This document shows positions 1 to 10,967 of a DNA stretch of 51,404 nt, piece after piece (the first letter of the stretch is position 1; the number at the start of each line of letters is the position of its first letter). Under the pieces are notes generated by a model that was given only the letters and a program-made list of their open reading frames with translations, ran no database searches and was not told the DNA's origin. The translations under genes and the position numbers were made by a program. Origin of the DNA: an uncultured Candidatus Poseidoniales archaeon (lineage in GTDB: Archaea > Thermoplasmatota > Poseidoniia > Poseidoniales > Thalassarchaeaceae); contig CABXQY010000002.1 of the NCBI GenBank assembly GCA_902514485.1, positions 1 through 51,404 on the forward strand, given 5' to 3'.

Positions 1-1292
1 GTCACAGAAGATTGTGAGAATGATACTTGCCAGCCAGTAGGTACATTTGCAGCGCTAATCTGAATAGTGTCGACACCATTGCCCCGGTTTGTTATTGTCA
101 TAGAGACTGATTTCGAGGTCCCTGGTTCAACATTGGATAATGAAGACTGACTCAGTGATGCTGAAGCGTCATAAGATTGGCCGACATTTAGTGTTACTAT
201 TTTCTCACAACCAATCTCTGTACCAGAACGTCCTTGAATCTTTATTGGGACTTGTGTGCTAGCCTCAACAGAATCATCGGGAGTCACTTGGAACTCAAAT
301 GTATGTTCATCATCAGCAGTATTTTTCTCACCTAGGAATGCACTAGAAGGAGACGAAAAATCGACCCACTCGGAAACATCAAAATCATCAGCAACCGCTC
401 TGGCAGAGACTGTCCACTCAGTATTACCAGTATTTTCTACTGTGAATCGATTTGAACCTGTTTCCCCGGGATTAAGATTCATAGAGGTAAATTGAAGAGA
501 TGGATCACATTCTTTAACTTCTGGAATATTAACAGTTAATGTCAAATTATCTTCAGCCGGATCAGCAGCATTGGGATCATTACTAACGGTTGCTTTGATA
601 ATAAAACAATGAATTCCAGCCTCCGTAGAAGACCCATCAGGGAGGTCGACAGTTACATCAACAGTAGTAGAATCTCCTGAATCTAATTGAACTGTAGCAG
701 GGCTCACAGAAGCGTCTAGATCATCGGATTCACAATCATTATCTGAAGTCATCTCGAGTTGAATATTTTCTTGTTGCTCACCCGTATTTTCGACATCAAC
801 TTCCCAAACGACTTCATCATCTTCACCATCGTACGTAACAGTTTGATCATCTACAGTTAGAGTTACAGAATATAACCCACCATCACCTGCAGTTGTTGTA
901 ACCTTAACATCATCAGTTTTAGGTTGGTCAGGAGGAGTACCTGTTGCAGTCACAGTAACTGTAGTTTCGCATTCCCCTGTAGCCTGATCATTTACAGAAA
1001 CCGTCAAAGTTACAGTTTCACTACTACCTGATTCTATAGTCCCACTCACCTGTTCAACATTAGAAGTGAAACCGTTACAATCAGCAGCCTGCGATGTACT
1101 TAACGACACAGTAATATCATCATCACCTGTATTAGTTACTGTGATGTCATATTCAGCCGGATTATCTGCATCCGCTTCTTGAGAGCTTGGAGATGCCGAT
1201 ATTGAGACATCTACAGCCGCATAAACAGGAGGAGAAATTAAAGATAACAAAAGCAAAACAAGGACCAAACGCGCGGATTCCGCTCTCTTCAT
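1..1292 (-). CDS. Secreted surface protein, N-terminal part (gene runs off the left edge); tandem CARDB/Ig-like beta-sandwich modules
   Basis: Hand translation of the minus strand from the ATG at 1290-1292 stays open to base 1. It starts with a signal peptide, MKRAESARLVLVLLLLSLISPPVYA. Repeated modules follow (YDITVTNTGDDDITVSL, VVWEVDVENTGEQQENIQLEM, RFTVENTGNTEWTV, SMTITNRGNGVDTIQI), typical of CARDB-like surface domains. It is absent from the ORF track because no stop lies inside the window. Confidence 0.65.
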   Translation of the reverse strand, partial: MKRAESARLVLVLLLLSLISPPVYAAVDVSISASPSSQEADADNPAEYDITVTNTGDDDITVSLSTSQAADCNGFTSNVEQVSGTIESGSSETVTLTVSVNDQATGECETTVTVTATGTPPDQPKTDDVKVTTTAGDGGLYSVTLTVDDQTVTYDGEDDEVVWEVDVENTGEQQENIQLEMTSDNDCESDDLDASVSPATVQLDSGDSTTVDVTVDLPDGSSTEAGIHCFIIKATVSNDPNAADPAEDNLTLTVNIPEVKECDPSLQFTSMNLNPGETGSNRFTVENTGNTEWTVSARAVADDFDVSEWVDFSSPSSAFLGEKNTADDEHTFEFQVTPDDSVEASTQVPIKIQGRSGTEIGCEKIVTLNVGQSYDASASLSQSSLSNVEPGTSKSVSMTITNRGNGVDTIQISAANVPTGWQVSFSQSSV

Positions 1293-1359
1293 GTTTAGTC
1301 GGGAGCAATCTTCCCTCTAAGGGCTTCGCGCTTGAAGTGTACTATAATGTGTATATTTT

Positions 1360-4300
1360 TCATACTTCAGTGAGTTGGTCTATTCCAGCGTCACAGTGTA
1401 AACAATGGCTTTTTTCCATAATATTGCAACCTTGTACCTGACCATTCATGTGATATCTAGCCCCACATTCAAGACAAGCCCAAGTTTCACCAATAATTAC
1501 ATCTGCACTACATATCCAACAAGGAACTCCACTGGATTCTTCAGAAACATCTTCTGGCATAATCTGTTGGATTATTTTTTCTGGAATCAATGAGTTAATT
1601 GACCCTTCACGACGTAAATAAATAGTCAAACCAACTCCTCCTCCGAGTAGTATGATTATTATGATAATAATGAGTATTAAATTAATAGTTCCCATACTGT
1701 CGGAGGTTGCAGCGGGTAATACATCAATTTCTACATCTAATGAGGAACCAGTAATATCATCTGAATTTAAGAACGAAACCGTGACTACCCCATCAGTTCC
1801 TTTAGAGGGTGTATATGCAATTTCTACTGAACGTGTTTCACCGGGCCTCAAGTTAACAAATGAACTATCGAGTATTAATTCATTCCAATTATTGGGGGCT
1901 TCCAACTTCAAGATTTCTGAAATATCTGAATTACCTACATTCTGTAATTCAAGGGAAAGAGTAGTTTGGTAACCTTGCGGGGAAGGGTTTTGTTCGACTA
2001 TACTCCAAATAACTTCATTCACAGAATCAACATAAAGAGAAATTGTATTTTCAGAAGTTAGTCCCTCTCCGCTGAGAATTAGAGAAATTATCGGCTCGGA
2101 ACCTGCCTCAGCAGATAATGGAATTATAAGATTACAAATGATTGTTATCGTTGATCCTGAAGAGATTGTGGGATTACTATTTTGACACGAATATTCCCAA
2201 TCATCATTTGGTACATCCATAGAGACAGTTGGTCTCCATGTCATTGTACCATCGTTAGTGACTTTCCACAGTAAATCGAAACCAATACCACCTACAGGAT
2301 GTGAATCTACTCCGAGTGGAGTATCTGCTGAAGTCCCATCTGGTAATGCGACTTGATAGAATTCTATCGTAGGAACCGCCCCAGATAGTACATCAATTGT
2401 CCGGTTCCAGTCTATAGTAAATCCGTCCTCTGTAACAAATCTTAGCTTTAACTCACCACTCTTGGCTAGACCATTGCCTGTTATTGAAATCGGTAAATCA
2501 AATTGAGTTCCAGACGATACTATGAATGAGTTCTGACTACCTGTAAATGACCAACCATTAGGTTTAGAAAGAATATACGGGGTTAATTCTAAATCTCGAT
2601 TACCCTGATTATTGAAATTTATTTGCCATTCAAGTGTATCGTCAGCTGAAACCTCATATTCTGTTCCATCAGAAGTTGGAGTTAAAGTGACTACATCAAT
2701 ATTATCTACTATTAGAGTTATATCTTCGGACCAAGAATCCGAACTCACACGAGAGTGGACAGAAACTGCAGCGGAAAATACCGTACCTGCGGGAATCATC
2801 GCCCCAGGCGGATTGATGGTGATGTCAATTGTTCGAGATTCCCCTTTACCTAGAGAACCAGTAGACCCATGAGATGATCCAGCGAAAGAACCTATCGAAT
2901 CTAACCCAAGGCTCCAACCAGATGGTGAAATTAGTTCTACGTCATAAGTTTGTGGCCCGTTACCATCGTTCTGAATTTGAATCTGGAGCGGAGTTGAAAC
3001 AAGAGGATTTACTTTAATTTGACTAGTAGGAATTAGAACTTTTGCATCAGATAATAGTGGAACTTCTAGATATATCTCAAATTCGGATTCAATCTGATTT
3101 TCAACATCTGTTCCAGTAATCAACATTCTGTAAAGTCCTGGTTCAGGCGGTGCCGGATGTATCACTGACAGAATTACACTAGTAGATTCGGCAGGCATTA
3201 AATTAAACGTATTATTAGAAAATGATGAAAACCAGTCAAATTCAACTCCATCCTGCATCCTAATTGGTTCAGATACCTCAATTGTTGCATTTGTCTCAAA
3301 TAATGCAGTATTTGTCAAATCAAGGGACCAAGTAGTAGAACTATCAGTAGTCCCTTCAATTAATTTCATTGGGGCCTCACTAGTAACTCTGACACCAGGG
3401 ACGCTAACTATGACAATCTGAGTATATTGATTATTCGTATCAGATACTTCTTCAACCAAATCATTAGGGTCTATGTAGAAAGATACAGTATTTTCGCCCT
3501 CTACATCAGGAGTCCATTGCCATGTCAACTCAGCAGATTCTCCCGGAGAAAGACTGAGAGTTTTTGTACTAATTGTGGCACTATTAACCGCCGCTAATAC
3601 AGATAATTCAGGAATACTTCCTGCACCCTGATTAATCAAAGATATTGAAAATTCTACCTCTTCATCAACTTGAGGGATTGGCACTGATAACTCAAAAGAA
3701 TCGGATATAAATGTTGGGTCGGGATCTAAATCATTTACATTGACACCTCTAACTGCAAGGGAATAAGGTTGGTAGAAATTACTACCTCCATGAGATGAGT
3801 CTCTAACTCTAACAGTCCAAGTACCAACTGCAGCATTGTCAATAAGTACGACTTCAACATTGTTCTTCGAGTCTTTCTGGCCATTCGCTACTGACTCCCC
3901 ATTAGTGAAAACATTGCCTTTGAATAGTAGACCATTTGGATTAGTAATTTCTAAATCTAAATCATTTCTTAATTGGGTTGACGATGATGATGAACCTGGA
4001 TAATCAGACCAAGCTAGAACTACTTTGAGTTCCTCGCCACCTCTTGTAATATCGAATGAATAGTCACTAAACTGACCTGATGACAATCTAGATCTGTCAT
4101 CTACAAATATACCTACATCACTTTCAGGAATTAAGGAATTTACTAGATTGACGCGTCCCCATCCCTCGTTATTATTTGGTATGTCACGAACACCCATATC
4201 TTCCGCGCCTAATATCAATAATGCCTTAATCAGAGCGGCTTGAGGGGCGGGTCTAGATGCAATTTCCATTAGGTACTCGCGGACTAAAACGGCAGCCCCT

Positions 4301-5898
4301 GCTGCTGCTGGAGTAGCCATTGAAGTACCGCTATATTCTAGGTACCAATTATTGCTCCAAGAACCTGATGCACTACTCGCTTCTTGAGATTTGCAAGAAC
4401 GGACATAATCTCCCGGGCCCACTAAATCAGGTTTTATCCTGCCGTCATCAGTTGGTCCTCGGCTACTCCAATAATACATATCATCTGGTGCGCCGTTATA
4501 TCTGTTGACATGACCACCTACAGTTATGACATTCTTAGCAGTCCCTGGAGATGAAATTCCATCGTTCCTCTCATTGCCGGCTGCGAACAATACGGTCATT
4601 CCTTGGTATTGCCAATATTGATCCCATGTTGAGACTCTATCGTCAGCATCTTCAGACGAGGTTGTATATTCACCACCAGTTGGAGAACCCCAACTATTTG
4701 TATGCAAACGAGCACCTGCATTATATGCTTCATTAAGCATACTATTAATTCCAATAGAGTATAGAGCTCCTGAATCATCATCTTCCATTGCTTGGAAGTA
4801 AAGATTTGCTTCAGGTGCTATCCCTTGGTATTGGCCGTTACTCCTCATTCCATCACCAAGTACAGTACAGGCGACATGAGTTCCATGACCATCAGAAGGG
4901 TCGGCAGTGGAAGAGTCTCCTGGTGTAACCGAATCAAGACCTGAAATTCGACCATTGAAGTCTCCGTGGTCATCATCTAATCCTGAATCACCTACTGCAA
5001 TCTTTTGTCCAGAACCGTTTAATCCAGTAATAAAAAAATCTTCAACTGTATCTATACCCATATGATTTCTTGCTTCATTATTCATTAACTTAAGAATCGG
5101 AACTGGTGCAAGGTAAGAAACTGAAGGATGTTTTATTATTTCTGAAATATCATTTGTTTGAATTTCCCCCCATATAATTCCTGTATCGGGAGACCATGAG
5201 TTGGACAGCCAAGAGTTAGCAACATCTTGTAAATTGTCATCCAAAGATGATGTTTGACGAACTAGTTCTGAATTCTTCCAGCCAACTATCTCAACAACTA
5301 GACTTTGATCATTTGGAGCATCGCGGAGTGCTGAATGAATTAGAAGCCCTGCTGGAACCTCATGTACCGATTCCACTGAATTAAGTGATAGGAGATTTTT
5401 CAGTTGCTCAGAATTACCTTGAATTAAATATCCTGATGGTGGAATTGTAGAACGGATTTCAATTCCTGAAATTTCCATTATTTCCATTCTAGCATCCCAT
5501 AGTCCGGTATCTCCATCAATTATTACAATAGCAAGATCCATTCTTGAAAATGATATTTCTTGAGAAAGATAGACACTAGGGATTAGTCCGGAATGAGTAT
5601 AAACGCCGATAGTGGAGTCTGCACTTTCGGAACGCAATATCTCAGAACTGTTAGATATTCTTGGAGTTCCTAGATCTGAGATACTATTTGGGTCAGGAGA
5701 TATTTCTATCCTTTGGATTGATTCATCTAACTTCTCTGAGAATGAATCGGATGATTCATAGACATCATCACTAAGAGGTATGTAAGAAAGAAGAAGGACG
5801 CCCAAGATTAGGCATACTGTTCGCTTAGACATAGAGTTGCGCCTTCTAAAGACTGTTTTGAGCATATGGGTTAGTTGAACCCCTAGGAGTTCATACAT
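1360..5898 (-). CDS. Subtilisin-like (S8) serine protease, membrane-anchored, with a cytoplasmic Cys-rich zinc-ribbon tail
   Basis: 1512-aa ORF. The subtilase triad motifs occur in order: AVGDSGLDDDHGDF (Asp), HGTHVACTVLGDG (His), SGTSMATPAAAGAAVLV (Ser). A signal-like MSKRTVCLILGVLLLSYIPLS suggests the ATG at 5830-5832 may be the true start. A long Ig/CARDB-like region is followed by a TM (INLILIIIIIIILLGGGVGLTIYL) and an 83-aa tail with CWIC..CLEC..C..CLHC. Confidence 0.9.
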   Translation of the reverse strand: MYELLGVQLTHMLKTVFRRRNSMSKRTVCLILGVLLLSYIPLSDDVYESSDSFSEKLDESIQRIEISPDPNSISDLGTPRISNSSEILRSESADSTIGVYTHSGLIPSVYLSQEISFSRMDLAIVIIDGDTGLWDARMEIMEISGIEIRSTIPPSGYLIQGNSEQLKNLLSLNSVESVHEVPAGLLIHSALRDAPNDQSLVVEIVGWKNSELVRQTSSLDDNLQDVANSWLSNSWSPDTGIIWGEIQTNDISEIIKHPSVSYLAPVPILKLMNNEARNHMGIDTVEDFFITGLNGSGQKIAVGDSGLDDDHGDFNGRISGLDSVTPGDSSTADPSDGHGTHVACTVLGDGMRSNGQYQGIAPEANLYFQAMEDDDSGALYSIGINSMLNEAYNAGARLHTNSWGSPTGGEYTTSSEDADDRVSTWDQYWQYQGMTVLFAAGNERNDGISSPGTAKNVITVGGHVNRYNGAPDDMYYWSSRGPTDDGRIKPDLVGPGDYVRSCKSQEASSASGSWSNNWYLEYSGTSMATPAAAGAAVLVREYLMEIASRPAPQAALIKALLILGAEDMGVRDIPNNNEGWGRVNLVNSLIPESDVGIFVDDRSRLSSGQFSDYSFDITRGGEELKVVLAWSDYPGSSSSSTQLRNDLDLEITNPNGLLFKGNVFTNGESVANGQKDSKNNVEVVLIDNAAVGTWTVRVRDSSHGGSNFYQPYSLAVRGVNVNDLDPDPTFISDSFELSVPIPQVDEEVEFSISLINQGAGSIPELSVLAAVNSATISTKTLSLSPGESAELTWQWTPDVEGENTVSFYIDPNDLVEEVSDTNNQYTQIVIVSVPGVRVTSEAPMKLIEGTTDSSTTWSLDLTNTALFETNATIEVSEPIRMQDGVEFDWFSSFSNNTFNLMPAESTSVILSVIHPAPPEPGLYRMLITGTDVENQIESEFEIYLEVPLLSDAKVLIPTSQIKVNPLVSTPLQIQIQNDGNGPQTYDVELISPSGWSLGLDSIGSFAGSSHGSTGSLGKGESRTIDITINPPGAMIPAGTVFSAAVSVHSRVSSDSWSEDITLIVDNIDVVTLTPTSDGTEYEVSADDTLEWQINFNNQGNRDLELTPYILSKPNGWSFTGSQNSFIVSSGTQFDLPISITGNGLAKSGELKLRFVTEDGFTIDWNRTIDVLSGAVPTIEFYQVALPDGTSADTPLGVDSHPVGGIGFDLLWKVTNDGTMTWRPTVSMDVPNDDWEYSCQNSNPTISSGSTITIICNLIIPLSAEAGSEPIISLILSGEGLTSENTISLYVDSVNEVIWSIVEQNPSPQGYQTTLSLELQNVGNSDISEILKLEAPNNWNELILDSSFVNLRPGETRSVEIAYTPSKGTDGVVTVSFLNSDDITGSSLDVEIDVLPAATSDSMGTINLILIIIIIIILLGGGVGLTIYLRREGSINSLIPEKIIQQIMPEDVSEESSGVPCWICSADVIIGETWACLECGARYHMNGQVQGCNIMEKSHCLHCDAGIDQLTEV

Positions 5899-5916
5899 TG
5901 AGGAAAAATAGACGCA

Positions 5917-6477
5917 CTAAAAAAAGTCTATTCCAGTACCGTGACTGAATTGTTCCATCTTCCATTCACCGACTAAGTATTGCAATTCTATTTTAGAATC
6001 CTCTTTATTATTTTTAGTATATTGTAACTCAATATCTATTGTATAGTTTTCCCAAACAGATTCGCCAATTATTATTAGTTCTAAAGCATCACCAGAAACT
6101 GAACTATGTGCAGGAAGAGAAGATTTATTGAATGTAGTTCTATCTATCTCAATATTATCTGAATCTATAAACCGAATGATTAGAGTTAAGTCACTGATAT
6201 CTCTACTTCCATCATTATCAATCTGAGTTAGTATCACATGGCCTGAACTACTCTGGATATAAACAACATCAATTGTTACCTTTTCATATGGAACAACCCA
6301 AGTTAAAGCTACGAAAGTGGCAGCAAATAGCATTAGAGCCACGAATGACACTAGAATTACTCTCAATGGAGATATACGATCCATTGAATCTTCTAATCTA
6401 ACTAAAACCTCATGCGCAAACTCTTCATCAAGAGTTTCCTCTACTTCTTGATTACGTGATTTCTCAAGCAAGCCCAT
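5917..6477 (-). CDS. Small single-pass membrane protein, translationally coupled to the upstream giant ORF
   Basis: 186-aa ORF. Its ATG (6475-6477) directly abuts the TGA (6478-6480) of the upstream gene, reading TGAATG on the coding strand. It has one TM (VILVSFVALMLFAATFVALTWVV) and a ~120-aa ectodomain. No family was recognised. Confidence 0.6.
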   Translation of the reverse strand: MGLLEKSRNQEVEETLDEEFAHEVLVRLEDSMDRISPLRVILVSFVALMLFAATFVALTWVVPYEKVTIDVVYIQSSSGHVILTQIDNDGSRDISDLTLIIRFIDSDNIEIDRTTFNKSSLPAHSSVSGDALELIIIGESVWENYTIDIELQYTKNNKEDSKIELQYLVGEWKMEQFSHGTGIDFF

Positions 6478-9400
6478 TCAACCACCCCCTTCAGTTAGTG
6501 TCGCAATTACTGTGAGTATAGCAGAGGTAAATGGTTCAGGAACGAGTAAATGGTGCGTTGAGCCACTCAAACCCGGTACTAAATTAAGAATTGAAAGGTC
6601 AGAAGAAAGACCATTTACGCCAAGTGTAGTTCCAGTGGGAACACCTCCTGTAGTTTGTGCGTCAATTAGTACACCTCGAATTTGTATATCTCTTCCCGCG
6701 AATTCTGTTGTAACTCTAGCAGATGCTATGATTTTTCCACCATCTACATCATCGACTTCGATAACACTGTATGGCCCTACTAATTCCCTGATATGCAATG
6801 TTGCACTTCGAAGGTTCTCTCCCATTGCCTCCATTTCTTCAAGGAAAACTGGAGGTGTTCCGACTTGGCTAGATCCTGTAGGGACATCATTCATTCTGAC
6901 ATAAATTCTTTCAACACCACTTCCACCTGAACGAATTTCTAAACCAAAATCATTGGTTGGTTTAATTATCAATTTATCAGTCATACCCTCAGCTAACAAA
7001 ATAATATCTCCTCGAGAATTTATAGCTCTACCAAATGCCTCAATATATAGCGACATTCCATCATCTGAAGATGTAAAATCAAGGTTTGGTAAACCTTGGA
7101 ATGCAAGATTTCTAGTTATATCGAAATTCATTTCTGGAGCCGTTGTAAGATTAATATATCCAGGTATATCTTTCAAAAATACTGTAGCAGGCCACCAAAA
7201 ACCATCCATCCATTGCATCTGTTGTAACATTAACGAGCCTACTGCAAATCCTTCTATTCTCTGTTCTTCTGGAACACTCATATCTATAGAAATCGCTGTA
7301 CCCAGACTTGCCTGCAACGAAATAGACTTTGGAATCTCATTAATCAGCATCTCAGTTCTGCTTTGCGATTCTCGATTAATCAACATCATATGGATCCAAT
7401 CAAGCCTCTCTGACAACCCGAACTGAGCTCCTGTTGAGACCTGTGTTATACCTCCTGAATCTCGAATCTCGAAAACAGCATCAAGGAATAAATTTGTTGA
7501 TTTCCCCGGCTCAAGACCTTGCATTGTCAATAACATATCTTGACCATTGACCCCATAAGCATGAATCATAAATTCTTCACGCCCTGGTTCCCAACTATCC
7601 AATGATGCTTGAATATACCAATCCTCACCATTAACAAGAGTATTGCGAGAAATTGATAAATCAATTAATGGAGGTAAACCGGGTAACCAAGTCTTGAGAT
7701 GGAATCCTTCGGACAATCCGTTAGGAGATGATTGGAAAGAGATTCCATGCACCCATGGGGGTTCGTTAATAACCGGATCACCATAAGTTGCTTCTACAAT
7801 CAAATCGAATGAACTATCAGATTCTAGTTGTAAAGCGTATGAGAATGAATCATCAACTTCTTCAGTACCTGTTGAAATATCACTAGTAAACCCTGCAAGA
7901 ACTGAATTTATGGATCGGCCAAAGTTAGAGAATCCACCTATGAAGAAGGCTACACCCGATAGCCCCTTGGTGGAATTAAATTCTGGAAGTACTAATTCAG
8001 AACTGTTGTCTTTACCTGTTGGAATTTCGACTGAAAGATGTGATGGAAGAGGATCAATTAGAGCTAACGCAGACAGTCCTGATGAATCAGCAGTTGGAGC
8101 ATTATCTATATTGATACTCATAGGCCTGTCCCCTGCAGACTTCAAGAAAGCAGTACCTCGACCGGATGCTCCCAGGGCACCTTCTTCAATCGGAGATATC
8201 CATCCTAATTCTTTAATTCCTGTCAGACGTGTTGATATCGTAGATGTTTCATTTATTGAATCGTGATGGAATAAGAAATGGTCGCCAGTCATTGTTACTG
8301 GTTCGGATGCATTACTAATCTGGACTTCCACAGTACCTATTGGTTTTTCAGCAATAAAACTTGTTTGTTCACCAAACTCAAAAATAAACTCCGCAGGCAT
8401 ATCATGAATATTTGCACCTTGCCTCTGATTGCCATCAAGACCAACATAGGTCATCAATTCAATACCATCATTAGCGGCATAAGTTAGAGATTCTTCATCT
8501 ATTAGAACAGATATATTATTAGGGATATCTGATAAATGTAAGCTCTGAAAAGAGATGTTATCGATAGAATTACTATCGTGTTCAATAAAAGAAAATCTGA
8601 AAGGTTCACTAGAATCTGTGATTAGCCCAATTGATTGAGTTTCTAATACTTCATCATCACTAAATGTAAATTGTGAAAGACCACTAAACCTTACACTGGA
8701 TGCTACTGGAACTAATGGATCTCGAACTCCAAATTCTCCCATTACCTGATCTAGAACTCGATCTTTAGAAATTATTATATGATTACCGAGAGTTACTGGA
8801 TGAGGGCTAGAACCTATTTGCACAGCAAGTTCGTCAATGTGCATATTTACCCTATCGGCTAGTAAATTATCAGTCATAATTAAATTTACATCCCGCCCTG
8901 CAAATGAGTTAATTCCACCACTACCCGCATCTCCTGTAAGAACAGAGACTACTTCACTTGGAACTGAATTAATTATATCACCAATATCTAAAAACAGATT
9001 TACCAGATTAAGTATCACTGAATCTAAAATTTTGGACAGAAAATCAAGATTTTCTCCGCTGTCAAGACTTGTATCAGTTGAAGATGAACTACCCAGCTCA
9101 AATGAACCGTACAATGCTATCGAGGTTGGAATATTTTTCAATTCTAAGTGTATCTTACTGTGATCAGTAATTATATCTCCACGTTTATGCCATGAATCAT
9201 AATCTATAGACTGGATACTCTCTACAGAGCGAATAAGGACAAGAGTTTTTGGCGGATATGCAGGGTTTACAGGCAAAGTAGGGTCGTCAACATTCTGTGT
9301 TTCATCTCTAGAGAAGTTCTTTATTGCAATTATCATGCCTAATTTTTCTGGCTGACCACCAGGTAGTTCTGGTGATGATTTAGAGCCTAGCATGGTGAAT

Positions 9401-10896
9401 ACTCTGTCAATCTCATCTGTTGACAAACTACCTGCTGGCATACCTCTGAGCCATCCAATACTATCTGTTGAATTTCCTCTCTGGTCACCTGAGTTTTCCA
9501 CGGGTTTACCCGCTTTATTTTCATGGAAATGGACATGGAGGTCTGCTCTACGATCCGCATAGTATTCTATTGTATCAAGGGCATTTTCTCCGACTACACC
9601 AGGATCTTCAGCTAATGTCGTATCTGTTCTAATCACTAGATTTACTTCAGACGGAAGTCGAGTAGAAACACCGTTAGGGTGTACTGTTGCTTCTATGTAA
9701 GCAACTTCCCAAACTTCTCTATCTCCGTCAGTATTTGCAGGCGAGAAGTGGACGTATCCAAATCCAGCTACTACACCACATGAAATTTCATTGGAGGGGA
9801 GGGTGGATAACTCAATTTGAGAATAACGATCAGGGCAATATGTTTGTCCATTATTATTTATTAAAATAGCATATGGAGCAGAAAGACCAAGAAAAACAAT
9901 ATCTGATTCATCGGCACCAGGAATTGCTAGCCCTAAACCAATGAAAGATAGTAAACTTGTGACTAAGCTTGAACCTGCATCAGATATATCAAAAAAGATA
10001 CGTTCTAGACCTATGTTGATAGAAAAATCATTTGGTGGGGTAGTAAACCTTGAATCAATGACCCATACATAACTTTCGCCACCAGTGAGTATTCCTTCAG
10101 AATATGCGAAAGCCTTCATTAAAGATACTTGTAAGGTATCTAATTCGTCCCAATCTGAATCATCTCGACTATCTTCTAAAACTAGAACCGTAAAAGAAAT
10201 TGTTGGCTTGACCCAAAGAGTATCTCCTTCTATGCCAAAATCATCTCCTAAATCAAAGGAAATTTCTAAGCCTACTTGAATATCATTATCCCCATCATCA
10301 TCTATATCGATAGCATGTAGGAAGGAATTAGTCTCTGGGTCGAGTAATGAAAATAAACTTGCAGTGAATGTTACGACTTCGAATTTTTCCACTTCATTAC
10401 CATCTAAATCCATGTATTTGGTCCAGATTAAATAATCTGTCAAATTAAAAATTGTTTGCCAAACTGTATCTACCGCCCCAGGGGGTGATTTATCCGGATT
10501 AACTAGTATTTCATATGGACTAGGATGGGAAACTTCAGGAGGAGTTGTATCAACTATAGAAGCATCAGAAAACATATTTTCAATACCAAAAAGAGGGTCG
10601 TTACTTGTTGTATCTGCAACTGAGTTAGCTACTCCTTCAAGTGATGGACTTGCCATATTTTTCACTAATTCTGATGAAATTACACTTTCTCTTTCAGAAA
10701 GTACCGAACTTAAATCGTCAAGGATTTCAAAGTCATCCGCACTAATTCTAGTCTCAGCAGTAACTGAAGTTATTGGTGAAAACATTGGAAGTAAAAATAT
10801 CAAGACAAGGAGTATTGTCTGGGAATGATTGATGCCAGGGGACCTGCGAATAATGCGTACAGCACCTCCTTCCATGAACATACCTCTAAGATACAT
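6478..10896 (-). CDS. Giant secreted protein of unknown function
   Basis: 1472-aa uninterrupted ORF with a signal-like N-terminus (ILLVLIFLLPMFSPITSVTA). It contains an acidic D/G patch (DIDDDGDNDIQVG). No catalytic motif or internal TM was recognised by eye. Confidence 0.75.
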   Translation of the reverse strand: MYLRGMFMEGGAVRIIRRSPGINHSQTILLVLIFLLPMFSPITSVTAETRISADDFEILDDLSSVLSERESVISSELVKNMASPSLEGVANSVADTTSNDPLFGIENMFSDASIVDTTPPEVSHPSPYEILVNPDKSPPGAVDTVWQTIFNLTDYLIWTKYMDLDGNEVEKFEVVTFTASLFSLLDPETNSFLHAIDIDDDGDNDIQVGLEISFDLGDDFGIEGDTLWVKPTISFTVLVLEDSRDDSDWDELDTLQVSLMKAFAYSEGILTGGESYVWVIDSRFTTPPNDFSINIGLERIFFDISDAGSSLVTSLLSFIGLGLAIPGADESDIVFLGLSAPYAILINNNGQTYCPDRYSQIELSTLPSNEISCGVVAGFGYVHFSPANTDGDREVWEVAYIEATVHPNGVSTRLPSEVNLVIRTDTTLAEDPGVVGENALDTIEYYADRRADLHVHFHENKAGKPVENSGDQRGNSTDSIGWLRGMPAGSLSTDEIDRVFTMLGSKSSPELPGGQPEKLGMIIAIKNFSRDETQNVDDPTLPVNPAYPPKTLVLIRSVESIQSIDYDSWHKRGDIITDHSKIHLELKNIPTSIALYGSFELGSSSSTDTSLDSGENLDFLSKILDSVILNLVNLFLDIGDIINSVPSEVVSVLTGDAGSGGINSFAGRDVNLIMTDNLLADRVNMHIDELAVQIGSSPHPVTLGNHIIISKDRVLDQVMGEFGVRDPLVPVASSVRFSGLSQFTFSDDEVLETQSIGLITDSSEPFRFSFIEHDSNSIDNISFQSLHLSDIPNNISVLIDEESLTYAANDGIELMTYVGLDGNQRQGANIHDMPAEFIFEFGEQTSFIAEKPIGTVEVQISNASEPVTMTGDHFLFHHDSINETSTISTRLTGIKELGWISPIEEGALGASGRGTAFLKSAGDRPMSINIDNAPTADSSGLSALALIDPLPSHLSVEIPTGKDNSSELVLPEFNSTKGLSGVAFFIGGFSNFGRSINSVLAGFTSDISTGTEEVDDSFSYALQLESDSSFDLIVEATYGDPVINEPPWVHGISFQSSPNGLSEGFHLKTWLPGLPPLIDLSISRNTLVNGEDWYIQASLDSWEPGREEFMIHAYGVNGQDMLLTMQGLEPGKSTNLFLDAVFEIRDSGGITQVSTGAQFGLSERLDWIHMMLINRESQSRTEMLINEIPKSISLQASLGTAISIDMSVPEEQRIEGFAVGSLMLQQMQWMDGFWWPATVFLKDIPGYINLTTAPEMNFDITRNLAFQGLPNLDFTSSDDGMSLYIEAFGRAINSRGDIILLAEGMTDKLIIKPTNDFGLEIRSGGSGVERIYVRMNDVPTGSSQVGTPPVFLEEMEAMGENLRSATLHIRELVGPYSVIEVDDVDGGKIIASARVTTEFAGRDIQIRGVLIDAQTTGGVPTGTTLGVNGLSSDLSILNLVPGLSGSTHHLLVPEPFTSAILTVIATLTEGGG

Positions 10897-10967
10897 GGTA
10901 AAGGTTATTCCCCTACCTGATACAATATAAAATCAATTTTTTCTCATTTCTGAAAAATGGAAATACA

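Noticed and set aside
6512-10279. Plus-strand ORFs of 60-157 aa inside the 1472-aa gene, with similar ones inside the S8, PKD, M14 and SF3-helicase genes
   Set aside because: Each is nested antisense within a long, motif-supported or uninterrupted ORF. None has a start context or motif of its own.
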